Shown here: in pieces, positions 17,653 to 26,758 of the stretch
How the letters are laid out: each line of letters begins with the position of its first letter
Position numbering within the stretch: the stretch's first letter is position 1
From: an uncultured Brevundimonas sp.
GTDB lineage: Bacteria; Pseudomonadota; Alphaproteobacteria; Caulobacterales; Caulobacteraceae
Direction of reading: 5' to 3'
Length of the DNA stretch: 39,737 nucleotides
NCBI RefSeq assembly: GCF_943913055.1
Contig: NZ_CALTWS010000001.1
Location: 1-39,737 of the forward strand
The notes under the pieces: generated by a model
Database searches by the model: none
What the model saw: only the letters and a program-made list of their open reading frames with translations
Told to the model about the DNA's origin: nothing
Position numbers and translations under genes: made by a program

Positions 17653-19542
17653 ATGGCCGAAACCACGGATCGTCTGAGGCGGCTGGCGCGGTTCGCCATC
17701 ACCGTGATCGTGGTACAGGCCGTCTTCTGGTTTGCGGTCTATCAGCCGTTTCTGGCCACTCCGCCTTCCCGCGATCTCGACAGGATCGCGTTGACCGATC
17801 CGCGGGTCGCCGCGTTGGAAGTGCCTTCCCTCGAGGCGGCCCAGGGGGTGGCGCATACCCCTGTGACCCTGCCGCATACTCTGTGTTGCGAGCCCGTCTA
17901 TGCCTCGCTGCAGATGGACTTCGATCTGGATGCCGTACCGGCACGCGGACTGGGCATGCTGACCTATCATCAGGTCGACAACATGCTGGTAGCTGTGAAC
18001 GGGTCGATCGTGGTCGCTGACGGCAGTTTGAAATTCGGGCGGCAGACCTTTCAGGGCCAGCAGGGCAAGGTCGTCCGCATCCCGTCGGGACTTCTGAGGG
18101 CCGGCTCCAATACCGTTAGCTACGTGATCGTGCGTGACGGCTATCCCTATACCGATCTGTATCCGCCGATCCTCGCTCCGATCGAGCAGGTCCAGCCCTG
18201 GGCCGCCCGCAGGCTCTGGCAGCAGGGCGACTATTTCCTGATCGCGGGTTGGACCACCTTTCTTTTGGGGCTGTTCGCCGTCCTCCTGATCTGGCGCGCC
18301 GAGAACCGGCTGTTCGCCGCCTGGCTAGCCACGGTGTGCTTCACCTGGACTGGCCCGGCAGCCTACGCCCTCGTTCTGGATCAGCCGATCGGTGGAACGC
18401 TGCGGATGGTCCTCTTCTTCGGCTTGAACAGCCTGCTGTCGGCGTCATTGCTGGGTTTCGTGGATACCTGGACGCAGCGGCCTTCACGCGGCCTGCAACT
18501 GGCCGTGCTGGCCTCCTGGCTGGTGTTTGTCCTCATCAGCATCTTCTGGCTGATCTATCGACCCATGCCAGAGGGGTTCGACGTGCCGGCCCAGATCTGG
18601 AGCTGGTATACGACAGCGATCGGGATCGGGGTGGTGGCGCGCCTGGGCTGGCACGCATTCCGCTCAGACGAAAACCGGCTCGTGGAAGCGGCGCTGATGA
18701 GCATCATCGCGGTCTGCATCGTTCTGGACGCGCTGGGCGAACATCTGGGTCTGAACACCGGGCAGTACGTCGTCCAGTCTGCGCCGGTTCTGCTGTTCCT
18801 GCTGATCGTCGCTTTCGTTCAGCGGAACTTTCGCCTCTTTCAGTCGACGGTCAGCCTCAACACCTACCTGTCGGAAACGCTTGCAACGCGTGAGGCAGAG
18901 CTGGCCGAGGCGCGTGCCCGTGAAACCGAGCTGGCACGACAGCAGGCGCATCTGGAAGAGCGGCGCCGCATCATGCGCGACATGCATGACGGCCTGGGCA
19001 GTCAGCTGATGGGCATGCTGCTCGCGGCACGGCGAGGCAAGGTCGATGCGACCTCGATGGCCGAGGGCCTCCAGTCGGTCATCGACGAGATGCGTCTGAT
19101 GATCGACTCGATGGATTCCGTGGGGGAATCTCTCGCGTCCGCCCTGACCACCTTCCAGGAGCGCTCTCGGCCTCTGGTCGAGCGTGCAGGATTCAGCTTT
19201 GCCTGGACGACCTTGCTCAACACACCCCTGCCGGACTATCCGCCCCGGGCGGTGCTTCAGGTCTTTCGCATCCTGCAAGAGGCCGTCACGAATGCGCTCA
19301 AGCATTCGGGTGGGGACCGTATCGAGATCGTGTTGGCACCCGAGCCTGACGGCGGCGTCCGCCTGTCGATCAGTGACAACGGACCTCATGGGCTGGATGA
19401 CGCCGGCAAGTCCGGACACGGGCTGCGAAACATGCAGTCGCGAGCCGCCGCCATCGGAGCCAGCCTCCACAGCAACCGCGACGCCAGTCGCACGACGATC
19501 GTGCTGGTTCTGCCGCGCAATCCCGATCAGGACAGGCCATGA
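17653..19542 (+). CDS. Multi-TM sensor histidine kinase (HisKA_3 type)
   Basis: Periplasmic domain, about 7 TM segments, H-box RIMRDMHDGLGSQL, N-box QEAVTNALKHS, DNG and GHGLRNM. Confidence 0.9.
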   Translation: MAETTDRLRRLARFAITVIVVQAVFWFAVYQPFLATPPSRDLDRIALTDPRVAALEVPSLEAAQGVAHTPVTLPHTLCCEPVYASLQMDFDLDAVPARGLGMLTYHQVDNMLVAVNGSIVVADGSLKFGRQTFQGQQGKVVRIPSGLLRAGSNTVSYVIVRDGYPYTDLYPPILAPIEQVQPWAARRLWQQGDYFLIAGWTTFLLGLFAVLLIWRAENRLFAAWLATVCFTWTGPAAYALVLDQPIGGTLRMVLFFGLNSLLSASLLGFVDTWTQRPSRGLQLAVLASWLVFVLISIFWLIYRPMPEGFDVPAQIWSWYTTAIGIGVVARLGWHAFRSDENRLVEAALMSIIAVCIVLDALGEHLGLNTGQYVVQSAPVLLFLLIVAFVQRNFRLFQSTVSLNTYLSETLATREAELAEARARETELARQQAHLEERRRIMRDMHDGLGSQLMGMLLAARRGKVDATSMAEGLQSVIDEMRLMIDSMDSVGESLASALTTFQERSRPLVERAGFSFAWTTLLNTPLPDYPPRAVLQVFRILQEAVTNALKHSGGDRIEIVLAPEPDGGVRLSISDNGPHGLDDAGKSGHGLRNMQSRAAAIGASLHSNRDASRTTIVLVLPRNPDQDRP

Positions 19543-20192
19543 CCGAGCCCAGGCGCATTGCCCTGCTCGAAGACGACGTGAACGTCGCCGCCCACTTCGT
19601 CGACATCATCGACAGCGACCCGGGTCTGGTGCTGGACACCCAGGCCGGCTCCATCGCACAGGCGCAAACCATTCTGGAGCGGAAGGTCGATCTGGTCCTG
19701 ACCGACATCGGCCTGCCTGACGGCAGCGGTCTGGATTTCATCAGGACCCTGAAGAGCGCTCAGGATTGCAAGATCCTGGTGGTGACCGCCTTCGGAGATC
19801 GCGACACCGTGGTGGCCGCCCTCCGGGCAGGTGCCGACGGCTATCTGCTCAAGGACAGTACGTTGGAAACCATTCTGGACGGGATCCATGTGACCCTGAT
19901 GGGCGGTGCGCCGATCAGTGCATCGGCTGCCGTCTACCTGCTGGACCGGCTGCGTCAGTCGGACGCCGAAGAAACACCTCCGGCCGTCGCGGCAGAGAGC
20001 CTGACGCGCCGGGAGGTCGAACTCCTGACTGTCTTCGCTCGGGGTCAGAGCTACAAGGAAGCCGCCCGCTCGCTAGGCATATCGCCCCTGACGGTCGGCA
20101 ATCACGTCAAGGCCATCTATCGCAAGCTGGAGGTCACCTCTCGCGGCGAGGCCGTCTATGTCGCCATGCGCCGGGGGCAGCTTCAGCTCTGA
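19539..20192 (+). CDS. NarL/LuxR-family response regulator
   Basis: Receiver LLEDD...TDIGLPDGSG...GYLLKD; HTH LTRREVELL...GQSYKEAARSLGISPLTV. ATGA overlap with the kinase gene. Confidence 0.92.
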   Translation: MTEPRRIALLEDDVNVAAHFVDIIDSDPGLVLDTQAGSIAQAQTILERKVDLVLTDIGLPDGSGLDFIRTLKSAQDCKILVVTAFGDRDTVVAALRAGADGYLLKDSTLETILDGIHVTLMGGAPISASAAVYLLDRLRQSDAEETPPAVAAESLTRREVELLTVFARGQSYKEAARSLGISPLTVGNHVKAIYRKLEVTSRGEAVYVAMRRGQLQL

Positions 20193-20199
20193 AGCGCCG

Positions 20200-20820
20200 T
20201 CAGCCGCCGTAACCGCGACCGCCGCCACCAAAACCGCCGCGCGACACCACGGTGGTGCGATTCTGGACCCGGCTGGGGGCCTGACGCGCCTCGGGCGTAT
20301 GGTCCCGGGCATTGGTGATCGTCCGGCCGGTGCGGTAGTCGCGGCTGAGGTAGCCACCGCCATAGCCGTTGGAATACTGACCGTCGCGGTCGCGATATAG
20401 GGGGCCACCACCACGATAGCCGCCGCCGTTCAGCAACTGGCCGATGATGAAGCCGGTGGCCAGGGGGCCGAAGAAGGAGCCGCCGCCATTGTTGTTCAGC
20501 GGGCGACACTGATCAGGGCCCCACTGACCCTCGCACTCGGACTGGGTCGCATAGCGGGGCGAGCTTTCGGCGGCGACGCGCTGGGCCTCGGCATAGGCGG
20601 CGTCGCATTCCGCGTCGGGAATGTCGTTGGCCGCCTGGCATTCCGCGACCGAGGTATAGGCCAGCGCCGGCACGGGCTCGGGCACCGACCGCTGGGGCGA
20701 TCCGCAGGCGGCCACGGAGAAGCTGACCGTCGCCATCAGGCTGGAGACATGCAGTGTCCGGGAGCGCTTCAGGCGGCGCATGGTCGATGTTGGGGAGGGG
20801 GTCTGGATGTCGTCGGTCAT
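20200..20820 (-). CDS. DUF1190 (YgiB/YjfM-like) lipoprotein
   Basis: Lipobox VAAC; YTSVAEC...PRYATQSECEGQWGPDQC; FFGPLATGFIIG; C-terminal VSRGGFG. Confidence 0.85.
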   Translation of the reverse strand: MTDDIQTPSPTSTMRRLKRSRTLHVSSLMATVSFSVAACGSPQRSVPEPVPALAYTSVAECQAANDIPDAECDAAYAEAQRVAAESSPRYATQSECEGQWGPDQCRPLNNNGGGSFFGPLATGFIIGQLLNGGGYRGGGPLYRDRDGQYSNGYGGGYLSRDYRTGRTITNARDHTPEARQAPSRVQNRTTVVSRGGFGGGGRGYGG

Positions 20821-20827
20821 CGTGGCC

Positions 20828-21241
20828 TCACGCCGTCATGCAGGCGGCGTTGAGCAGGCCCACGCCGATGGAGATGGAGCCCAGATAGATGCCAGCCGCC
20901 AACTCGCCCGCCTCGATCCGCGCGGCCAGCCCGCGATAGACCAGGCGGCTGACGACAATGAAGGCCACGATCTGGATCACGCCGGCCAGCACGGCCCAGA
21001 GCGCGAATTCCATCAGGCTGACCGTCTGGGACAGGGCCGAGGCCAGCGGCAGGACGAAGCCGATCAGTGCCCCACCCAGCGACACGGCGGCGGCGGTGTT
21101 ACCCTGCCGGATCAGGCTGCTCTCATGATAGGGCGTGACCAGCTGGTAGATGAATTTGAACGCCACGAAAAAGGCCACAGCCGCGGCAAAGGCGATGATG
21201 AAGGCGGTGGCCCCCGTCTGAAATGCGAACCAGTCGAACAT
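20828..21241 (-). CDS. yjfL: DUF350 (YjfL-like) membrane protein
   Basis: TPYHESSLIRQGNTAAAVSLGGALIGFVLPL; C-terminal GLLNAACMT. Confidence 0.85.
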   Translation of the reverse strand: MFDWFAFQTGATAFIIAFAAAVAFFVAFKFIYQLVTPYHESSLIRQGNTAAAVSLGGALIGFVLPLASALSQTVSLMEFALWAVLAGVIQIVAFIVVSRLVYRGLAARIEAGELAAGIYLGSISIGVGLLNAACMTA

Positions 21242-21265
21242 TCTATCCCCAGTGTCTGTGCGCGA

Positions 21266-21928
21266 TCAGGCGCGGAACTCGGCCATTTCCAGCGGAATGC
21301 CGATCATGATTTCATGTGTGACGTCGCCGACGATGTCGTCCTGGTCGTGCGGTTCCATTTCCAGCGCCATCATCAGCTCACGCCCGCCTGACAGGTCGCG
21401 TGCATACAGCATGCAGGTCTGGAAGATGCGGCTGTAGGGCACAGTCGCCGCCCGGTCGTCGAACAGGGATTCCCACAGCTCCACCGGCGGCTGGATCGCA
21501 TCGCTCTCGGCGAACCAGAAGCGGGGATAGGCGGGAAGGTCCTCGGCCGCGCCGTCGAACACCGGGGCCGACAGTCGGTCGCGCCACATCCGCCGCTCGC
21601 GCTGTCCTGGCGGATAGGCCGAGGTCCAGGGGATGAACAGGGTGAAGTCATAGGCCCCCTGACCATCGGCGCTGTCGCTCATGGCCTGCAGCATCACATG
21701 GTCGTCGGTATAGAAGCGGTGCACATGCTGGCCGCCGTCCAGGACGACCCGCCCCTGGGCCGTGATCTCCAGCGCGTCGCGATCCAGCTTGAACTGGGTC
21801 TCATCGCCCAGCCGCTCCCACGCCAGCGGATCCAACGAGACGGTCCGACCCACCGTGATATTGCGCACCTCGGCCAGGGTGGCCGCGGGCGGGGTCTTGT
21901 CGCCGGCACCGAACAGTCGCTTGAACAT
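21266..21928 (-). CDS. yjfK: DUF2491 (YjfK-like) protein
   Basis: Start MFKRLFG; GRVVLDGGQHVHRFYTDDHVMLQ; QTCMLYARD; sits in a yjf cluster. Confidence 0.75.
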   Translation of the reverse strand: MFKRLFGAGDKTPPAATLAEVRNITVGRTVSLDPLAWERLGDETQFKLDRDALEITAQGRVVLDGGQHVHRFYTDDHVMLQAMSDSADGQGAYDFTLFIPWTSAYPPGQRERRMWRDRLSAPVFDGAAEDLPAYPRFWFAESDAIQPPVELWESLFDDRAATVPYSRIFQTCMLYARDLSGGRELMMALEMEPHDQDDIVGDVTHEIMIGIPLEMAEFRA

Positions 21929-22038
21929 CGCTTCGTCTCTGGTCCGTTGCCGCCGCGCATGCAAGCCTGACCGGACCATCATCAGCATCGCCACGCTCTG
22001 GCCAATGTCAACCGTTCCTGTTACGCGTTACATGAAAC

Positions 22039-22719
22039 ATGCGTAATCAACCCTCGAAACCCTTGCCCTCGGCGAACGATCGTATACGTGCTTGGCGCAA
22101 GGCCCGGCGTGAAGCGGGCATGGTCAAGCTGGAGTTCTGGGTGCCCGAGCCCGCGCGAGAGGATGTGAAGGCGGCGGTCCACGCCATCGTCACCGAGTCG
22201 ACACGCGGACCTGAGATCGTTCGTCGCCCGCGTCGCAACCCTTTCCCCGATCCTTCTGGAGTGAACCATCCCATGGATGCTGTGATCGAAACGTCCTGGA
22301 CCGTACCGGCCATCAAGACCGCGTTGGAGAGTTCCGACCTGGTCCGCGAGGGCGAGATGACCCTACGGGTGCTGGAGGGGGCCGAGCCCGTCCTTCTGGC
22401 GACAATGAACGAATATGGCGACCTGCCCGTCTATCTGTCGGTTGGCGGAGCCCAGATCGTCTGTTCGGTGCTGCTGTGGCCCGTTTCCGAACAGAAGGAC
22501 GCAGACCGGTTCAACGCCTTCCTGCTGAAGGCCCAGCGGGTGGTGCCCCTGTCGAACTTCGCCATCACCACGGTGGATGGCCAGGACGTCTATGAGCTGA
22601 TGGGCGAGCTGTCGTGCAAGACGACGCTTCAGACCATATTGATCGAACTGCGCACCTTGGCCGAGAACGCGATCGACGCCACCGAACTGCGCGAAACCTT
22701 CGGCGCCGACGCGGCCTGA
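22039..22719 (+). CDS. yjfI: DUF2170 (YjfI-like) protein with a basic N-terminal extension
   Basis: EYGDLPVYLSVGGAQIV...FNAFLLK...PLSNFAI...ELRTLAENAI; N-terminal RIRAWRKARREAGMVKLEFWVP. Confidence 0.8.
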   Translation: MRNQPSKPLPSANDRIRAWRKARREAGMVKLEFWVPEPAREDVKAAVHAIVTESTRGPEIVRRPRRNPFPDPSGVNHPMDAVIETSWTVPAIKTALESSDLVREGEMTLRVLEGAEPVLLATMNEYGDLPVYLSVGGAQIVCSVLLWPVSEQKDADRFNAFLLKAQRVVPLSNFAITTVDGQDVYELMGELSCKTTLQTILIELRTLAENAIDATELRETFGADAA

Positions 22720-22734
22720 ACCGGGAGAGAAACC

Positions 22735-23481
22735 ATGTCCATGCTCGCCAAACTGTCGGCCCTGTTCCGCGGCACCGCCCATGAAGCGGGCCAGCAGGTC
22801 GTCGATGCCAATGCCCTGAAGATCCTGGATCAGGAAATCCGCGACGCCGACAATGCGCAAGGGAAAGCGCGCGACGATCTGGCCGGTCTGGTCGCGCGCC
22901 GCCGCATGGCCGAGAACGAGCTCAAGAGCTTCGGCGAGCAGATTGCCAAATATGAAAACTCCGTCCGCGCCGCCCTGGCGCAAGGCAAGGAGGATCTGGC
23001 GCGCGAGGTCGCGGTCCGGATCGCCGAGCTGGAGCAGCAGATCGGCGAGCGCGAGCCGATGATCGCCGGCATGAAGGAGGCCGAGATCCGCCTGCGCACC
23101 GCCATCGCCCAGACGGACCAGAAGATCGAGACGCTGCGTCGCGAGATCGACATCGTTAAGGTCAATGACTCGGTCCAGAAGGCCCAGACGTCCGTCGCCC
23201 TGCAGTCGGCCGGAGCTCATTCCCGCATCGGTTCGGCCGCCGACAGCCTGGCGCGCATCAAGCAGCGCCAGGCCGTCAACGAGGAGCGCCTGCGCGCCGG
23301 CCAGGAACTGGAGGACAAGCGCACCGGAGCGGACCTGGACGCCAAGCTCAAGGAGGCCGGCATCCTGCCGGGTCATTCGTCCGCCGACGACGTCTTGGCC
23401 CGCCTGTCCGCCCCCAAGGAGGTGCAGGTGGTGACGCCGTTGATCCAGCAAGGCGAGGCTGTGGACCGGGACAAGGCCTGA
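22735..23481 (+). CDS. yjfJ: PspA/IM30-family protein (YjfJ-like)
   Basis: Amphipathic N-terminus MSMLAKLSALFRG, VDANALKILDQEIRDA, long coiled coil, SADDVLARL. Confidence 0.88.
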   Translation: MSMLAKLSALFRGTAHEAGQQVVDANALKILDQEIRDADNAQGKARDDLAGLVARRRMAENELKSFGEQIAKYENSVRAALAQGKEDLAREVAVRIAELEQQIGEREPMIAGMKEAEIRLRTAIAQTDQKIETLRREIDIVKVNDSVQKAQTSVALQSAGAHSRIGSAADSLARIKQRQAVNEERLRAGQELEDKRTGADLDAKLKEAGILPGHSSADDVLARLSAPKEVQVVTPLIQQGEAVDRDKA

Positions 23482-23484
23482 CCC

Positions 23485-24648
23485 TTGGAACGCCTGAAGT
23501 TCGACCCGCGCCCCGATTGGCAGGCCCGCGCCGACAGCCTGGGCTTCACCTGGCACCATGTGTCCGGTGAGCAGTACTGGGACGAAACCGCCGCCTATGC
23601 CTTTTCGATGCAGCAGGTCGAGGAGGATCTGGAGGCCCCGACCGAGGCCCTGCACGCCATGTGCCTGGATCTGGTCGACGAGGTGGTCAAATCCGAGCGG
23701 CTGATGGCCGACCTCGATATCCCCGAGGCCATGCGGGACTATGTCGCCGACAGCTGGAAACGGGGCGAGCCGTCGCTGTATGGCCGGTTCGACTTCTTTT
23801 ACGACGGCACCGGCCCGGCCAAGCTGTATGAATACAATGCCGACACTCCGACCTCGGTCTATGAGACGGCGGTGTTCCAGTGGCTGTGGCTGGAAGACCA
23901 GATCGCATCAGGCGTGCTGCCCGCCGCAACCGACCAGTTCAACAGCCTGCACGAGAAACTGGTCGCGCGTTTCCGCACCATCTTCCCCGATGGCGGCTTC
24001 ATGCATTTCTCGTCGGAGCCGGACTTCGTCGAGGATCGCCAGACCGTGCAGTTCCTGGAGGATCTGGCCAAGCAAGCCGGGCTGGATCCGCAATTCGTGG
24101 CCCTGGGCGACATCGGGCTGAATGCAGACGGGCGGTTCGTCGATCACGAGAACTGGCTGATCGGGGCGCTATTCAAACTCTATCCGTGGGAACAAATGCT
24201 GCGCGACGATTATGCGCGGCCCTTGCCGACGGCCGAGGTGACGGTGCTGGAACCGGCGTGGAAGAGCCTGATCTCCAACAAGGGCATCCTGCCCCTGCTG
24301 TGGGAGCGGCATCCCGGCCACCCCAACCTGCTGGAAGCCTATTTCGAGAGCGATCCGGCTCATGCGCGGCTGGGCGGGTCCTACGTCCGCAAGCCTCTGT
24401 TCTCGCGCGAGGGGGCCAATGTCGAACTGGTCGAGGGCGGCGTCGCCGACCCGGTTCTGGACGGCGGCTATGGTGACGGCATCCACATCCGCCAGGCCCT
24501 TCGCCCGCCCGCGCGGTTCGACGACAACCACGTCATCGTCGGCTCATGGGTCGTCGGCAACGAGGCCGCCGGTATCGGCCTGCGCGAGGACGAGACGCGC
24601 GTCACCCGCAACACCTCGCGCTTCCTGCCGCACTTCATCCGGGACTGA
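23485..24648 (+). CDS. Glutathionylspermidine synthase-family ATP-grasp protein (YjfC/YgiC-like)
   Basis: YWDETAAY, LYGRFDF, EYNADTPTS, FKLYPWE, EPAWKSLISNK, KPLFSREGAN, RFLPHFI. TTG start. Confidence 0.92.
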   Translation: MERLKFDPRPDWQARADSLGFTWHHVSGEQYWDETAAYAFSMQQVEEDLEAPTEALHAMCLDLVDEVVKSERLMADLDIPEAMRDYVADSWKRGEPSLYGRFDFFYDGTGPAKLYEYNADTPTSVYETAVFQWLWLEDQIASGVLPAATDQFNSLHEKLVARFRTIFPDGGFMHFSSEPDFVEDRQTVQFLEDLAKQAGLDPQFVALGDIGLNADGRFVDHENWLIGALFKLYPWEQMLRDDYARPLPTAEVTVLEPAWKSLISNKGILPLLWERHPGHPNLLEAYFESDPAHARLGGSYVRKPLFSREGANVELVEGGVADPVLDGGYGDGIHIRQALRPPARFDDNHVIVGSWVVGNEAAGIGLREDETRVTRNTSRFLPHFIRD

Positions 24649-24690
24649 GCGCGTGCCGACCACCGTCCTTGCCCGTACGACGGATACTGA

Positions 24691-25170
24691 ATGCCCGACG
24701 CGCCGCCCCTGATCGTCACCGCCGCGCTGGACGAGGGGTCCTTCGCCTGGTTCGACGACCTGCGTCAGGCACACTTCCCGCGCCATCGAAACCAGGTGCC
24801 TGCTCACGTGACGCTGTTTCATGCCCTGCCTGGCCAGAATGAGCGGGAGATCGTCGGCATCCTCAGGGCGGCCTGCCAGCAGCGGCGACCGTTTCCGATC
24901 GATGTGCGGGGACCATGGTCGCTGGGTCGTGGTGTCGCCTATCGACTGGCCTCGCCCGATCTCGAGGCTCTCCGAAGCGAACTCGCCGACGTCTTCGGGC
25001 CCTGGCTGACGCGTCAGGACCAGGCCCCTTATCGGCCCCACATCACGGTTCAGAACAAGGTCGAACCCGACGACGCCCGAACCTTGCTGGAGCATCTCCA
25101 GCAGACATTCGAGCCGTTCGACATCCTGGCCGAAGGCTTGCTGCTCTGGCGCTATCTGGGCGGCCCCTGA
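24691..25170 (+). CDS. 2H phosphoesterase (2'-5' RNA ligase superfamily), possibly C-terminally truncated
   Basis: Two HxT motifs (AHVTLF, PHITVQ). Ends abruptly at WRYLGGP*. Confidence 0.85.
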   Translation: MPDAPPLIVTAALDEGSFAWFDDLRQAHFPRHRNQVPAHVTLFHALPGQNEREIVGILRAACQQRRPFPIDVRGPWSLGRGVAYRLASPDLEALRSELADVFGPWLTRQDQAPYRPHITVQNKVEPDDARTLLEHLQQTFEPFDILAEGLLLWRYLGGP

Positions 25171-25311
25171 GCCCTGGTCGATCGCTTCGACTTCGACGCA
25201 GCCTGAGGTTAGACATTGCGGAAGATTGCCGCCGCACATGACTTCTGCCCCGTCGCGCACGTCAACCGCTTGCTCGGCTGCCTGCTCGATCAATATGCAG
25301 GAAGTCGACGA

Positions 25312-25359
25312 TGGTGGGTGATGTAGGGTTCGAACCTACGACCCGCTGATTAATAGTCA
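25312..25359 (-). tRNA. 3' fragment of tRNA-Lys (att site of the integrated element), not a complete tRNA
   Basis: Minus strand reads TGACTATTAATCAGCGGGTCGTAGGTTCGAACCCTACATCACCCACCA: 3' anticodon arm, T-arm GTAGG-TTCGAAC-CCTAC, acceptor strand, discriminator A and CCA. D-arm and 5' acceptor strand are absent. Confidence 0.85.
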
Positions 25360-25453
25360 TTAATTGACCTGTCCGGCCTCGTCCGAGATCGTCGGAAAAT
25401 CCTTGTATCTTGGGCATTTGAGATCCAACGTCGTCCGGCGACTTCCGGGGGTA

Positions 25454-25481
25454 TGTTCCCCGAAGTGTTACCCTGGGTAAC
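25454..25481. promoter_or_regulatory. Candidate integrase arm-type sites
   Basis: Direct pair TGTTCCCC (25454) and TGTTACCC (25466), with perfect inverted GTTACCC-t-GGGTAAC (25467-25481), between att and int. Confidence 0.45.
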
Positions 25482-25519
25482 GCGACTGGGGGCCGCTGAT
25501 ATGGGTTCAGGAGGTCTCG

Positions 25520-26758
25520 GTGGCGGGCGCAGTAGGGCTGACAGATGCGAAGATCCAAGGACTGAAGGCACCGGGAACGGGCCGGATCGAAGTGGCCGAC
25601 AAGGTTGTCTCCGGCCTCCGGATCCGCGTCGGCACGTCGGGCGCAAAGACATTCATTGTCCGCAAGCGCATCGGCGGGCGGATCGCCAACGTCACAGTGG
25701 GGCGATTTCACGATCAGCGGTTCAACTTGGCCGACGCACGCAGGAAGGCCCGGACGCTGCTCAACGATATTGAGGGCGGTGGCGATCCGAGGTCCGAGAC
25801 GCGCAAGAAGACAGGAGCGGGCGCCGGCACCGTCCGCGCGCTGTTCGAGGACTACAAGAAGGCGAAGGCCAGCAAGCGCTCGATTTCCGAGATCGAGCGG
25901 ATCTTCAACAAGTATGTGCTGCCGGAAATTGGCGACCGGCTTGCGGACAGCGTCAGCCGCGCGGACGTGACCCGGTTGATTGATGGTGTAGCAACGGGCG
26001 GCGCCAAGCCTACGCCGGTCATGGCGCGCGCGGTCGCCGCTCAGCTTAGCGCCTTCTATTCCTGGGCCATGCCGCGATTACATCGGCTGGAGGTCAATCC
26101 CTGCCGCGACGCCGGCAAGCCGGACAAACCAAAGGCGCGGGAGCGGGTCCTGAGCAATGATGAGCTGAAATCGCTTTGGACTGTTCTCGACGGCGAAGGG
26201 CTGCCTTGGGGACCCTCAGTGAAGCTGCTGATCCTGACGGGGCAGCGCCGTGATGAAGTGTTCAGCGCCGACCGGGCCGAGTTTGATCTGAAGGCGCAGC
26301 TATGGGTGATCCCCGGCGAACGGGCGAAGAACGGCAAGGCGCATCTTGTCCCACTGTCCGCGGCTGCGGTGGAGTTGATTGAGGCGGTGCCGGAGCTCGA
26401 TGGCAGCGCCAAGCTGTTTCCGAGCCGCTCCGATCCCAAACGCGGTGCTTCCGGATTCAGCAAGGCGTTAGCGCGGATCACCGCCCAAATTGTCCAGAAA
26501 CTGGGACCTATCGATCATTTCACCCTGCATGATTTGCGGAGGACGATGGCGACCGGATTGCAGCGCCTTGGCGTCAGGCTGGAGGTTACAGAGGCGGTGC
26601 TGAATCACGTCGCTGGCACCCGCGGTGGACTCGTCGGTGTCTACCAGCGGCACGAGTTCCTCGACGAGAAGCGGCATGCGCTGGACGCTTGGGCTGCAGA
26701 GGTTGAGCGGATCGCGAACCCCACGGCGCGTGGCAACGTCGTTGCGATCAATGGCTAG
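25520..26758 (+). CDS. int: Tyrosine integrase, P4-like with N-terminal arm-binding domain
   Basis: AGGAGG RBS; LTDAKIQGLK...GLRIRVGTSGAKTF arm domain; catalytic R (TGQRRDE), K (AKNG), HDLRR, LNH, Y (GVYQR). Confidence 0.95.
   Translation: MAGAVGLTDAKIQGLKAPGTGRIEVADKVVSGLRIRVGTSGAKTFIVRKRIGGRIANVTVGRFHDQRFNLADARRKARTLLNDIEGGGDPRSETRKKTGAGAGTVRALFEDYKKAKASKRSISEIERIFNKYVLPEIGDRLADSVSRADVTRLIDGVATGGAKPTPVMARAVAAQLSAFYSWAMPRLHRLEVNPCRDAGKPDKPKARERVLSNDELKSLWTVLDGEGLPWGPSVKLLILTGQRRDEVFSADRAEFDLKAQLWVIPGERAKNGKAHLVPLSAAAVELIEAVPELDGSAKLFPSRSDPKRGASGFSKALARITAQIVQKLGPIDHFTLHDLRRTMATGLQRLGVRLEVTEAVLNHVAGTRGGLVGVYQRHEFLDEKRHALDAWAAEVERIANPTARGNVVAING

Noticed and set aside
11582..24648. Functional link between the two ATP-grasp ligases (Anbu operon and yjf cluster)
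   Set aside because: Each sits in its own well-known conserved context about 10 kb apart; nothing in the sequence links them.
25350..25363. CtrA box (TTAA...TTAA)
   Set aside because: The spacer is 6 nt rather than the canonical 7, and the first half-site is part of the tRNA anticodon loop.
25312..25390. Complete tRNA with an unusual ATT anticodon
   Set aside because: No D-arm and no 5' acceptor strand (GGGTGAT) at the expected position; this is an att remnant.
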